Shown here: positions 1 to 9,973 of the stretch, in pieces
How the letters are laid out: every line of letters starts with the position of its first letter
Position numbering within the stretch: the stretch's first letter is position 1
Assembly (NCBI GenBank): GCA_965214775.1
Contig: OZ243974.1
Coordinates: 2,720,001-2,784,000 of the forward strand
DNA length: 64,000 nucleotides
Source of the DNA: Nitrosopumilus sp.
GTDB lineage: Archaea > Thermoproteota > Nitrososphaeria > Nitrososphaerales > Nitrosopumilaceae
Direction of reading: 5' to 3'
Notes under the pieces: generated by a model
Seen by the model: only the letters and a program-made list of their open reading frames with translations
Databases searched by the model: none
What the model was told of the DNA's origin: nothing
Position numbers and translations under genes: made by a program

Positions 1-31
1 GTGAGATATCCAAGTGAGGAGTGTATTCTAT
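1..31 (-). pseudogene. IS3-family transposase 3' fragment (cut by window edge and by the IS66 derivative)
   Basis: Nearly identical to 50449-50479, which encodes the RIHSSLGYL motif of the IS3 integrase fragment. Confidence 0.55.
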
Positions 32-554
32 GTATGAGTTTACCCCTCAGGCGACGTTTCCAGTCAGGGTCTTGGCGACCATCTCACTCACGTTGCAACC
101 TTGGGCGCGCCAGTTCATCGTGCATGTCATCAGCACGGTGAACATCTCCATGCCCTCCATGGTACGGAGTCCCTGGAATATCTTGCGCGCAATTACGGAC
201 GGCCTCAGTGTGCGTTCGGCCAGGTTGTTGGTGGGATCCATCCCATGACGCGTCATAAACGTGTAGAGAAACTCCGAGGTGTTGTCAACCCTTGTGGCAT
301 AGCTGTTGCATCCTTCCTTTTTGTATGTGGCGACAATCTCGTGTGTTTCTGCCACCCGACTGTTGTGCTGCCTGGCAGCCTCCTCCTCCTCCGGCGACCC
401 CAGCCCCTTGGCGCAATGCATCTGCCACTTGAGGCGCTGGCCTGCGGCGCGAACCTCCGGGGGTATGAGGTCACGTCCCTTACTAGCTAGGCGTGGAAAT
501 CATAATTATACATACCAATTCGTGCTTGATTGGTGGGGATAGGTGACCACATAC
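32..554 (-). mobile_element. IS66-family internally deleted element
   Basis: ORF 47..421 carries the IS66 TnpC C-terminal motif PTNNLAERTLRPSVIARK; ends GTATGAGTTTACCCC and GGTGACCACATAC resemble the ends at 24326-24344 and 60056-60070. Confidence 0.75.
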
Positions 555-609
555 ATATTCAGTCTCAACTGCACATGCCGTGTTCTCCTGATGGTTTCTT
601 CTCAAGACT

Positions 610-1803
610 CTAGAGTGCCTGGAACTCTTCGCTCCATTTGTGATATGCCCTAACCATCTCGCCTGAAACGCTTGGTTTTCTCCTTGCCATGATTTCCTTG
701 AAATCGGCAGTCGTCAACTCTCTTGGTTGAACCGGTTCCTCTCCTTCGACTGGCTCATGGTAGTCCGGGGAGTTGAAAATCTCATGAACCGTTTTGATTT
801 GTGCTGCCTGACAGACATCCTTGATGTCGCTGGCACTATAGCCGTCAAAGATCTTTGCCAGGCTGGCAGAGTTTATGCGGTAATCCTTTCTCAGGGGGGC
901 AGTATACTGATTAAACAAATTCTCTCTTGCCTCTTGTGTCGGAAGGGATACATAGATTCGCTTTTGGAATCTTCTCAAAAACGGCCAGTCAAGACTCCAT
1001 GGTTTGTTGGTTGCGCCAATAACATATAGCATCAAATCTTTTCCTTTGCCGTTAACGCCGTCCATTTCGGTCAGAAACTGGTTTTTAGTTCTGACTTCAC
1101 CTCCAACCTCACTGTTTCTAGAACCCAGCAGCGAATCGACCTCGTCTACAAATAGTATTACGGGCTTGCCTTCTTTCTCAGCATAGGTTCTTGCCATTAC
1201 AAATAACTTTGAGACATTTTTTTCTGCCTCACCCAGCCATTTGCTCATCATAGAGGATGCATCCACATTGATAAAGTAGCCGTCCATTTCATTTGCAGTA
1301 GCAGCTGCCAGCATCGTCTTGCCGGTTCCCGGCGGCCCATAAAGCAGCATGCCTTTTGGCCATCCCAGTGGGAACAGGTCCGGCCTTTTAGTAGGATAAA
1401 CGATGGATTCGCGTAATGCCGACTTTGCATCTTCTAGGCCAACCACTTGATCCCATGTAACATCTGGCTTTTCTTTTAGAACCAGATCCTCAAAATCATT
1501 TTCTGCTTCCTGCCTTTGAACGGACTTTTTTTGCTCTTCAGGAGTTGCCTTGGGATCAACTGCAGGATCAACGCCATGGGCCTGCTGTAACGCGTTAATC
1601 CGATTATGATAGGAATTGCATCTATCCTTGTAAATCGGGTTTAGCTTGCTGTTGGGGTATAGCTGCAACAGTTTTACCAGCGCGTCAATTGCATGCTGAT
1701 AGTGAGTGATTGCCATGCCACGGGCGCCTTGGGAGTCGCATTTGATTGCCTCCGAAGCGCTTTTGCTAGCAGTGTTTTCTAATTCCTGGGGGGCCAAACT
1801 CAT
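610..1803 (-). CDS. cdvC: Vps4-like AAA+ ATPase, cell division protein CdvC
   Basis: N-terminal MIT-like helical domain, Walker A GPPGTGKT, Walker B LFVDEVD, Vps4-type C-terminus. Confidence 0.93.
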   Translation of the reverse strand: MSLAPQELENTASKSASEAIKCDSQGARGMAITHYQHAIDALVKLLQLYPNSKLNPIYKDRCNSYHNRINALQQAHGVDPAVDPKATPEEQKKSVQRQEAENDFEDLVLKEKPDVTWDQVVGLEDAKSALRESIVYPTKRPDLFPLGWPKGMLLYGPPGTGKTMLAAATANEMDGYFINVDASSMMSKWLGEAEKNVSKLFVMARTYAEKEGKPVILFVDEVDSLLGSRNSEVGGEVRTKNQFLTEMDGVNGKGKDLMLYVIGATNKPWSLDWPFLRRFQKRIYVSLPTQEARENLFNQYTAPLRKDYRINSASLAKIFDGYSASDIKDVCQAAQIKTVHEIFNSPDYHEPVEGEEPVQPRELTTADFKEIMARRKPSVSGEMVRAYHKWSEEFQAL

Positions 1804-1812
1804 CGATATTAC

Positions 1813-2307
1813 CTACGCAGTATTCCCTTGAGGTTTTTGTTGGTATTCTACGGTGTTAACCTCTGTCACAATTTTGGTTAAATTAATTGCACTTGTTTCA
1901 TGCTTGTCATAGTCAGGACCGTCATGGTATCTTTCCTTGAAATCGGATTTGTCAGAGATGTGGGCATGCATGTCCTTGACCTTGCCAATGGAGTCTTCGG
2001 CCTCCAAAATCAGTTCAGATACCTCATCATCAATCTCTTCTAGCGATTTTGCAGAATCAGAGATGATGTCTACAAATTCCTTGAGGATGGAGCGCGTCTC
2101 TTTTTTGTCCTGGTATTTTGCAAGCATGAATTTGGCAATGCCTACAACCTTCTCCAAGTCCTGCAGTTCTTCCAGGGTTAGTTTGTCAAGCCTGTCTTTT
2201 TCTGAGGATGGTTTTGCCTCAGAGATTTTCCTTTCTAGTTTTGATGAAATGGACTTGATTCGATCTAAATCCTTTGAAAGACTCCGTCTAGTGTTTAGCA
2301 TCTTCAA
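1813..2307 (-). CDS. Hypothetical coiled-coil protein in the cdvC operon
   Basis: 164-aa ORF tightly coupled between neighbours; host-like composition. Confidence 0.7.
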   Translation of the reverse strand: MKMLNTRRSLSKDLDRIKSISSKLERKISEAKPSSEKDRLDKLTLEELQDLEKVVGIAKFMLAKYQDKKETRSILKEFVDIISDSAKSLEEIDDEVSELILEAEDSIGKVKDMHAHISDKSDFKERYHDGPDYDKHETSAINLTKIVTEVNTVEYQQKPQGNTA

Positions 2308-2906
2308 GTGTCACATGTTTTCAAAAAGCCAACATTAGGATATGACTTGCACATTTTAGAGTTCGTCATCAATTTTACTTTATCAAGTACGGATGCTGAT
2401 TCCTCATTTGACTGCCTAAAGTCAAATCTTGCCTTTGTCAGTGCGGCAGAATCCATCACGATGCTTCCCAAGTGAACTGACAACTCGGATAGTTTTTGGC
2501 TGCAATCAGGCAGGATTTCATACAGTCTTGCACTGATTGTTCTGATCATCTGGATTACAGATGGCAACACTTCAGGAAGGCTAGTTATGCCATTTATTCC
2601 AGATGCCCTCTTTTTTACAACATACAGTACCTCATGGCAATACCAGCAGGTCCTTTCCAACTCCAAGGATTCCAAATGGGCAGCATCCTTTTCATCAAAA
2701 AAAGATGCTAGGTCTTTGTTTGATTCTTTTATCTCTGATTTTTTTTCTGACAGAGTTTCAATGATTTCAGATAGCAAATTGACAGAATATTCCAATCTTG
2801 GAACCAACGTCACTGAATGGGAGACGATGCTAAAATCATCAGATGGCCCTAGGCTGTAATTTACCAACATACCGAATTGGTTTGAAATTTTGTATATCAG
2901 AACCAT
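2304..2906 (-). CDS. Probable divergent ESCRT-III/CdvB paralogue
   Basis: All-helical 200-aa ORF two genes upstream of cdvC, the position of a CdvB paralogue in Nitrosopumilus as I recall it; family call rests mainly on context. Confidence 0.5.
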   Translation of the reverse strand: MVLIYKISNQFGMLVNYSLGPSDDFSIVSHSVTLVPRLEYSVNLLSEIIETLSEKKSEIKESNKDLASFFDEKDAAHLESLELERTCWYCHEVLYVVKKRASGINGITSLPEVLPSVIQMIRTISARLYEILPDCSQKLSELSVHLGSIVMDSAALTKARFDFRQSNEESASVLDKVKLMTNSKMCKSYPNVGFLKTCDT

Positions 2907-3027
2907 GTATCAAAGAAAACAGTAACCGCAGTTACACCCGTCTGCAGATACAATTTTGATTTTTTTTGAGTATTTGTGTAAAGGAATTTAGCTCTCAATT
3001 TTACCTAATAACAAATCAAGCAGAATC

Positions 3028-4188
3028 ATGGCCAATGAACACGCACTAACTGTCAGTCTCGAGGAATTCGGCCTAAGCAAGTACGAAGCACAGGCTTATG
3101 TGTCATTAATTTCCAAGGGAACGATCTCTGCAAGCGAACTGGCATATTATTCAGAGATTCCCAGGACAAAGATCTACCCGACTCTGCTCAAACTAGAAAA
3201 AAAGAAGCTGGCAATCACCTCCAAAGGCAAACCAATCATGTGTACTGCAATTGCGCCCGAAGATGCCTTTGATGAGATTATTCACGAGCAGATCAACAAG
3301 GTAAATGCAATGAACACGCTTGTTTCCAGTCTGAAAAAGGCAAGCGAGGAGAGTAGAAAATCAAGGGGTTCAGAGGAGAAGAGGTACTTTCACATTTCAG
3401 CTAACATGGTATTGAACCAGTTGCAGACCATGATCGAAGGCTCCAAATCTTCAATCAGAATCATGGCAGACCAGTGGGGATTGGGATTGCTAGCCGAATG
3501 CAAAGAGCAGCTAGTTTCATCTCTTAGGCGAAATCTAGATGTCAAGGTAGCAGTTCAGCCATCACAGATCTGCTCTGAACCGTTCAGAAGGATTCCTGAC
3601 GGCGTGGAGATCAGGGGGTCTGACGTTACACAGAATTGCTTTATCTTTGATGAGACGGAGCTGTTAATGGTAAACAGCAACAATGGCAAGGGCGCGATAT
3701 TTTCGTCGACTGACATTTTAGGAGTCAATCAGGAAAAAGTATTTTCAAACATTTGGAAAAACGCAATCAGAACAAAGGCATTAGCTGATATGACAAAGGC
3801 TGAAGCCCAAGAGATTTGCAAAATTATCAAGACAGTAAATGACTCAGGTTTATCCCACATTCTAAACTCTGCAATGGTTTCCAAGAAACCAGTGTCTGAC
3901 ATGCTCGAATTGCTGGAGAAAAACGGGATTCCCATAAAATCAAAGCCGCTTGACGATGTCATAGAAATCATTGACGCGGTATTGCAAATTACATGCTCAG
4001 GTCATGTCAACTTTGAGGCAAACACCAAAAACATCACAGTCGAGTCAAAACTGAACAGTGGCCACTCCCTGCCATGGGTTTCAATTCTTGACGGATGCCT
4101 GCAAAAGCAGGGCTACAAGACAAGAACCGTGTATCAGGACAATTCCTCAAAAGGCGAAAAAATACACATTAAAATTTCCAAAAGTTAG
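3028..4188 (+). CDS. TrmB-family transcriptional regulator
   Basis: N-terminal LEEFGLSKYEAQAYVSL...IPRTKIYPTLLKL wHTH signature. Confidence 0.88.
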   Translation: MANEHALTVSLEEFGLSKYEAQAYVSLISKGTISASELAYYSEIPRTKIYPTLLKLEKKKLAITSKGKPIMCTAIAPEDAFDEIIHEQINKVNAMNTLVSSLKKASEESRKSRGSEEKRYFHISANMVLNQLQTMIEGSKSSIRIMADQWGLGLLAECKEQLVSSLRRNLDVKVAVQPSQICSEPFRRIPDGVEIRGSDVTQNCFIFDETELLMVNSNNGKGAIFSSTDILGVNQEKVFSNIWKNAIRTKALADMTKAEAQEICKIIKTVNDSGLSHILNSAMVSKKPVSDMLELLEKNGIPIKSKPLDDVIEIIDAVLQITCSGHVNFEANTKNITVESKLNSGHSLPWVSILDGCLQKQGYKTRTVYQDNSSKGEKIHIKISKS

Positions 4189-4378
4189 GCAGGCCCATAG
4201 GCTTGCTGAGACAGTATCCATAGCACCTACGATATCTAGTGAACCACGATTTTACAGCATCATGCATGTTTTGTAGCAAAAATAATTGATTTGTAACCGT
4301 AGACAGTACTGCCATGCAGCAGCAGTAGTAGTTATCAAGTAAAACCTAAATCAAGTCAAAGACAGTCACAAGCATATC

Positions 4379-4834
4379 ATGTCTGAAGACAGATTAGCAT
4401 CGCTAGGAATCACGCTTCCAGAAGCCCCGGTCCCCGCCGGAAACTACATCCCGGCAGTAAAAACAGGAAACTTGCTCTTCATTTCAGGACAAATTCCGCT
4501 TGAAGGCGGAAAAATCACTTTCACTGGCAAAGTTTCAGATGACAATTTAGAGACTGCCCAAAAATCAGCCAAAGTCTGTGCAGTCAACATTTTAGCACAG
4601 ATTAAAAGAGAACTAGGAAGCCTTGACAGGGTTACAAGAATTGTAAGGCTGTCGGGATTTGTCAATTCGGTTCCAGAGTTTGCAATGCAGCCCAAAGTAA
4701 TCAACCCGGCATCAGACTTGATGTTTGAAGTGTTTGGGAAGAAAGGAAGGCATTCAAGAATCGCAGTAGGGGTATCTAGTCTTCCGCTAGATTCCATGAC
4801 TGAGATTGATGCAATAGTAGAATTTGCAGGATAA
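4379..4834 (+). CDS. RidA/YjgF/YER057c family protein
   Basis: PAGNYIPAVKTGNLLFISGQIP and GRHSRIAVGVSSLP motifs. Confidence 0.92.
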   Translation: MSEDRLASLGITLPEAPVPAGNYIPAVKTGNLLFISGQIPLEGGKITFTGKVSDDNLETAQKSAKVCAVNILAQIKRELGSLDRVTRIVRLSGFVNSVPEFAMQPKVINPASDLMFEVFGKKGRHSRIAVGVSSLPLDSMTEIDAIVEFAG

Positions 4835-4889
4835 AATTCGGGTGTTTTCCTAAATAGATTTTTCACGCCATAGTATCCATGGCACAGAA

Positions 4890-5048
4890 ACAGATGAGTC
4901 AGGATTAGAGACGGCAAATGCCCGGGATTTTTTCATACATTGACCAGGTAACTTACATATGACTGCCAATTGAATGTGTTTTAATCGATTTAGTGATGCA
5001 AAGTTTGTTTATACACGATCCGAATTTGCTAATTTTGAATCAACTCTC
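4890..5048. mobile_element. MITE family A, long degenerate variant
   Basis: Ends in GCTAATTTTGAATCAACTCTC like the other family A copies; reverse homologue at 8153-8319. Confidence 0.55.
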
Positions 5049-5096
5049 AGCATAGAAGACGAGATATTCAGTTATGAGAACATGTCTGTACATAGG

Positions 5097-5260
5097 TAGT
5101 GCTCGCATCAAAAAAACGGATCACAATTTTGAATGCATCGTGCCTATTTCGATAAAAAAATATCCGATTTTCAACCGATCATCTGATCTTTGTAAGCATG
5201 GGCTCTGATACGGGTGCCTATTTCGATAAAAAAATATCCGATTTTCAACTATGTGCACTG
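5097..5260. mobile_element. TAGT...ACTA-type (IS630-like) MITE containing a 36-bp duplication plus insert
   Basis: Colinear with 48554-48640 once one repeat copy and the 38-bp insert are removed. Confidence 0.6.
5140..5249. repeat. 36-bp direct repeat pair flanking a unique 38-bp insert (site 1)
   Basis: GTGCCTATTTCGATAAAAAAATATCCGATTTTCAAC at 5140-5175 and 5214-5249, 36/36 identical. Confidence 0.95.
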
Positions 5261-5375
5261 GAATACCATGGTGAGTGGAGGATGTACTTTTCGCGGTACA
5301 TGAAGAACGGCAGACCCCGCCGATTGCATTCTGTGACAAAAAGATCACAGAAGTGATCAGAGAAAAAGACCCAAA

Positions 5376-5493
5376 GTAACAGGTTAGTCCCTGCCTAGAG
5401 TTGGAGTTGCATCCCTTGCCGGCCAAGCATGAAAATCACAACTGCAGGCAGATTCATGCCTGATTGCTGCCTAGGCAGGGGCTATCCTGTTAC
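5376..5493. mobile_element. IS66-type MITE (GTAAC...GTTAC)
   Basis: About 23-bp imperfect TIRs; perfect 8-bp TSD GACCCAAA. Confidence 0.85.
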
Positions 5494-5527
5494 GACCCAA
5501 AATGGATGGAGAGAGACACCGATGAAT

Positions 5528-5638
5528 GTAACTGATCGGGTTCTGGAAGTCGTTTCCGATTTTAAGCACAGATTCTGTTTGATCGGCATGCATCAGTAGC
5601 AAAATTCGTGCCTGAACTTCCAGAGCCCGAGCTGTTAT
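5528..5638. mobile_element. IS66-type MITE family B, degenerate
   Basis: Homologous to 31299-31408 with decayed TIRs. Confidence 0.7.
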
Positions 5639-5706
5639 CTATGAGATTACCTGACAAGTGTGCAAAAAAATCGGGTATTTGTGCGGTTTCTAATTTCGGA
5701 TCATCT

Positions 5707-6135
5707 CTAAGCACTACAGCTCTCAAACGAACCTGCCTGACTATCATAATAGGCACAATAACGAACGATCAGGCTGTCAACTCCAACCTCACCTATCACG
5801 CCTCCCAGTCCAGAGGATGACAGATCGATGTCGGCCCAGACAACCTCCCCTGGTGCAATCTGCAGGTCATAAGACAGGTCAGCAGCTCCAACCTCGTTGT
5901 CGCCGTCATAAAACCGCACGTCGGCACGATTCAGAACCGCCTCTACGTTGCCGAGGTTTTCCATACAAATGCTAACACGGAGATCAAGTCCCTCCATGTC
6001 CGCCCCGTAACCGCAATATGCAACGTCGGCAAAAGCCTTGTTCTGTTCGACGTCCGTCGAGATCTGTCCAAGAAGTGCAGACAGAACGCCAATTATGGCA
6101 ACGCCAACAATTACTAGTACTATCTTTTTTCCCAC
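5707..6135 (-). CDS. Membrane-anchored/secreted protein, possibly LEA_2-like beta-sandwich
   Basis: N-terminal hydrophobic helix, acidic beta-rich body with ENLGNV...IAPGE pattern and four Cys. Confidence 0.55.
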   Translation of the reverse strand: MGKKIVLVIVGVAIIGVLSALLGQISTDVEQNKAFADVAYCGYGADMEGLDLRVSICMENLGNVEAVLNRADVRFYDGDNEVGAADLSYDLQIAPGEVVWADIDLSSSGLGGVIGEVGVDSLIVRYCAYYDSQAGSFESCSA

Positions 6136-6221
6136 GGTAACGCTTGCAGAATTTCTATTTAACCACGTTGTTTGTGGCGGGGTTGTCCAAAAAATTTCCT
6201 CAAAATGACCGCTAAGCTTAT

Positions 6222-6710
6222 AGACGCTATATGAAATCTTATCAGTATCCTGTGATATACAATTACCGTTGGGCCTGAGAGTCGATATGATCTTACCATG
6301 TACAAGGGTGTCTTACAGACTGACTCGCAACAGCAGGCGGAAAGCAATGTACCGCGCAGACGGTGAATGGGAGATTCCGCCCGGATCAGGCATTTTGATC
6401 AAAAAGGAGGTGATAACATGATCAACGTAGGAATAGACGTACACAAAAAGACATGCGTTGCAGCAGTAAAGGACGACTCTGGCAAGCTGCTAGAGCGATC
6501 CAAGTTTGAGAACAGCGTTTCTACAACAACGAATTTTGCAACAGACCTCAAGGCACAATACCCTGGACAGCTGTCAATCATGGCAGTATGCGAGTCCACT
6601 GTCACGCAGAGAAAGTATAAGAGGATGCATCGCTTAGCAACATCGTCCTGATTCGGAACACTGAGCTGGCAAGGGTCCACGGTAGGATTAGGTACGATTT
6701 CATATGGGAG
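6222..6710 (+). mobile_element. IS110 copy A, internally deleted (non-autonomous), both ends intact
   Basis: Ends match copies B/C; AG core at 6222-6223 and 6709-6710; recombinase deleted between CEST and TQRKY. Confidence 0.92.
6240..6382 (+). ncRNA. Putative bridge RNA of IS110 copy A (alternative target guides)
   Basis: Same stems as copy B; guides ATGATCT (6287-6293) and CTTACAG (6312-6318) match its own flanks CTTAT-AG-ATCAT; transcript ends not determinable. Confidence 0.7.
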
Positions 6711-6765
6711 ATCATGGGCGTAATACGCCGAAAACAATTTTGATCAGCCGATCCTGGCTATTTCA

Positions 6766-7678
6766 ATGAGTAACAACAGAAAGAACACAGAATACTACCG
6801 ACTCTACGAGCAAAAGCGCAGGCAGGAGAGCCCCCGCAAGAAGAGGGCAAGGAAGAACCTGGGAAAGATCGTGCGCAGGGTGGCCAAGAAGATGGCGGAC
6901 AAAACGGGAATCGATGCCAAACTTGCATGGTCTGCCATACGCATTGCGATCCTCAGGATCGAGAACCACCTGTCCTACAGGATCATGGCCACGCATCTGG
7001 AGACAAATCCGGACGATCTCAGGAGGTGCGGCCTGGACCACACACTCTCCAAGTCCACCATACACAACAGGGTGAAGATGCTCTGGGAAATGGGCAAGGA
7101 CTTTATGGACGAGGTCGTGCTGGCCATGTCAGACGGCGAGCGCATAGCGGACCTGCATGGTGACTCGACGGGGTTTGGCCTCCGCAAGTACAAGAGCTGG
7201 CATCATGCCAAGTACGGGGAGATGACAGGACACGACTTTGCAAAGCTGCACATAGCAGGTGCAGTAGGAGGCAGGATACTGTCATTTGAGGCCACGCCTG
7301 GTACATCGGCCGACTCGCCGGAGTTTGCCCGCATGTTTTCCCGCATTCCAAAGGGAGGATACGGCATAGTGGCGCTGGATTCGGCATACGATTCGTACAA
7401 AAACTGCGAGCTGATTGCAAAAAGCGGCCGCGGACCTGCCATAAAGCCGGCAAAGGGAAACGAAAAGCCTTGGCGGGTTCAGTCCCCGGGCCAAGATGCT
7501 GCAGTGGCTGCGTGACAGGCCAGACGAGTTCTGGCGCGCCTATCACATGAGGAGCCAGGTAGAGGCCCTGTTCTCGGCAATGAAGGAAAGGACTGGATCC
7601 GTCCTGCGCTCAAAGCTGGACGGAACCATTACAGTCGAGCTGTTCGCTCGCGTGTTGTGCTACAACCTTACGGTATAA
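6766..7678 (+). pseudogene. IS5-family DDE transposase, frameshifted near 7470
   Basis: DSTG, ALDSAYDS and YHMRSQVEALFSAMK motifs split over ORFs 6766..7515 and 7496..7678. Confidence 0.82.
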
Positions 7679-8152
7679 TTTTTATCATAATTCCGTACTG
7701 TTGTTGAACCGCAGCACTACCGTAAGGTATGGCCCGCATGGATATTTACGTTGCCTTTTGCGCATGGCCGGCCGAAAATGTCCCGTTCTGCATCTGAATT
7801 TACATACATACGGGGGCAGACTGGCAGATTATGGCAGCCTCTTGGAAATTTTTTGGACAACCCCGTTTGCGGCTCTTTCCACTTCCTCACTTCCGGGCTT
7901 TCATCCAACTGCCAATCCATAATTTGAGGCCCCGTTTTTGACTTGGGTTGATCAGCTGCTGCCACATGTACAGTTAAAAACCAAATATTCTTGTGTCAAA
8001 ATAGGCATCATAATACAATGACAATGCTATAATCCGCCATTTGGTTGACGTACTGAGCATTTGTGTGTCTTAGAAAGAAGGTACAAGAAGGTCTCGCCAC
8101 CACTTGGTAATTAAACACGAACTACATGCAACTATGGCTTTCATGCTAGTCA

Positions 8153-8319
8153 GAGAGATGATTCGAAATTAGCAGATTCGGATCATGCATAAACGAATTT
8201 ACGTTATTAAATCGACTAAAAGATTCACAAATGACAAGTCGTCTGCAAGATTACTCGATTGGCAAGCGTACAGAAAAATCCGGGTATTTGCACGGTCTCG
8301 AATTCCAGCAGATCACCCA
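8153..8319. mobile_element. MITE family A, long variant, reverse orientation
   Basis: Starts GAGAGATGATTCGAAATTAGCAGATTCGGAT, the reverse complement of the family A right end. Confidence 0.6.
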
Positions 8320-8394
8320 TCAATAATTGTGGCTGGATCAAGAAGAATTTCAATGAATCATATGACAAGAAGGATTCACAGATTCTTGCATCGA

Positions 8395-9624
8395 TTATTT
8401 TATCTTCTTGTTTAGTTCTGTGATGAATTTTCTTATTTTTGGTTTTGGAATGACTGCGCCACATGCTTTATCGTGTCCTCCACCAGAGCCTCCAAGGTCA
8501 GTTGCCAAAACATTAACAATTTTTCCCAAGTGAACTTTGCAGTCCTTAGAGCCTCTTACAGATACTGCATAGATTCCATGGTCAACACGCTCTTTGTACG
8601 CAATCCCAACGTCTTTGCCAGACAATCCCATTACAAAGTTGACAGCTCCGCTTGCGCCAGAGTCTAGAATTTCCATGTAGCCAAGATTCTTCATTGTTTT
8701 CATTCCATCCTTTACTTTGGCAATCATTTGTGATAGTTTTTCAACCTGGATCTGTGCAAACTCAAACGTGTTTGGAATTTCATGTGGGAATTTTGAATTC
8801 GCAAGCTCCTCTACCAAATACAACAGATAGTCCGGTTCTTTTTGGTGTCCAACGATATTGTAAGTAAGAACAGTTGCACTGATTAGTGCAAATTGCCTGT
8901 CGTAGATTTGAAGCAGTTTTGAGCCAGTTGGACGGTCCTCCATATAATCAGTAATTGCAGCACATGCTGCGACAAATGACGCATGATCATTGAGTTTTGA
9001 TTTGAATGCAGAATAAACTTGGACTGCGGTACATTCATGGATATCATGAATTACTTTGACTTTGAGTCCCTCTAATGCTTTGACAACATTAGGGTCAATG
9101 TCATGGTGGTCAATGTAAGTGACTGCTACTTTGTTTTTTCTCAATGTGGACATAATATTGATAAATTCATCCTGAGTCTTTTTGCTAAGACCCAGATCGC
9201 AAACGTAGAGGGATTTTAGTTTTTCATCTAGTGCTGCCTGACTTAATGCCTCCATCTGCCCCGGATAATCTACAAGAATTGCATCACCACCAAATGCCTG
9301 CCTTACCAAAGCAGCTGAGCTAATTCCGTCTGCGTCTTCCTTGTGAGAGATGCAGATTACTTTGGTGCGCTTTGGTTTTGCAGTTTTTTTAACAGCTTTC
9401 TTTGCAGTTGTCTTTTTTGCTGTCTTTTTGGGTGCTGTCTTTTTGGGTGCTGTCTTTTTGGGTGCTGTCTTTTTGGGTGCTGTCTTTTTGGGTGCTGTCT
9501 TTTTGGGTGCTGTCTTTTTGGGTGCTGTCTTTTTGGGTGCTGTCTTTTTGGGTGCTGTCTTTTTGGGTGGTTTCTTGGCTACTCTTTTGGCAGTTTTTTC
9601 AGTTGTTTTTTTAGATCCTACCAT
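8395..9624 (-). CDS. DHH/DHHA1 phosphoesterase-family protein with Lys-rich histone-H1-like N-terminal tail
   Basis: SHKEDADG, DLG, IDHH and SGGGHDKACG motifs; PKKTA repeats. Confidence 0.88.
   Translation of the reverse strand: MVGSKKTTEKTAKRVAKKPPKKTAPKKTAPKKTAPKKTAPKKTAPKKTAPKKTAPKKTAPKKTAPKKTAKKTTAKKAVKKTAKPKRTKVICISHKEDADGISSAALVRQAFGGDAILVDYPGQMEALSQAALDEKLKSLYVCDLGLSKKTQDEFINIMSTLRKNKVAVTYIDHHDIDPNVVKALEGLKVKVIHDIHECTAVQVYSAFKSKLNDHASFVAACAAITDYMEDRPTGSKLLQIYDRQFALISATVLTYNIVGHQKEPDYLLYLVEELANSKFPHEIPNTFEFAQIQVEKLSQMIAKVKDGMKTMKNLGYMEILDSGASGAVNFVMGLSGKDVGIAYKERVDHGIYAVSVRGSKDCKVHLGKIVNVLATDLGGSGGGHDKACGAVIPKPKIRKFITELNKKIK
9419..9568. repeat. Perfect 15-bp tandem repeat x10 (encodes PKKTA)
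   Basis: GCTGTCTTTTTGGGT repeated ten times. Confidence 0.97.
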
Positions 9625-9671
9625 TTCATTTGGAAAAATTACAGACCCTCATTTAAATGAAGAATGGAAAA

Positions 9672-9881
9672 TTATTTCTTTGATTTTTTGACGCTCTGCT
9701 CAACTAACGAACCAGAGTCAAGACACACATCATAAAGGGACAGGCCCTCAAGTTGAGTTTCTGAATCAATGGATTGTATCTTTTCTAATTCCTCTGGTGA
9801 GGCATTGATTACCAGGTCGTCTAGTTTTTGCAAACGTTCTCGCTCTTTTGGAGTCATTAGTTTTTGATTAAAAATTCTCAT
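9672..9881 (-). CDS. Small hypothetical protein
   Basis: 69-aa ORF filling the gap upstream of the DHH gene, host-like composition. Confidence 0.5.
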   Translation of the reverse strand: MRIFNQKLMTPKERERLQKLDDLVINASPEELEKIQSIDSETQLEGLSLYDVCLDSGSLVEQSVKKSKK

Positions 9882-9973
9882 TTATGGCCAAATGTTGCCA
9901 TATTAGACTAAATGCTGAACTTGGGAGACATTTTTTTGCGAAAACATAATAGAACAGTTCAGGTAGGCTCGGC

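Larger units (their letters stand above)
6179..7864 (+). mobile_element. IS5-family element carrying a nested IS110 derivative
   Basis: 21-bp perfect TIRs GGGGTTGTCCAAAAAATTTCC; 9-bp TSD GTTTGTGGC/GTTTGCGGC. Confidence 0.88.

Noticed and set aside
9343-9691. Repetitive plus-strand ORFs (GCCLF, GAVFL, VLSFW repeats)
   Set aside because: Alternative-frame readings of the 15-bp tandem repeat in the DHH gene.
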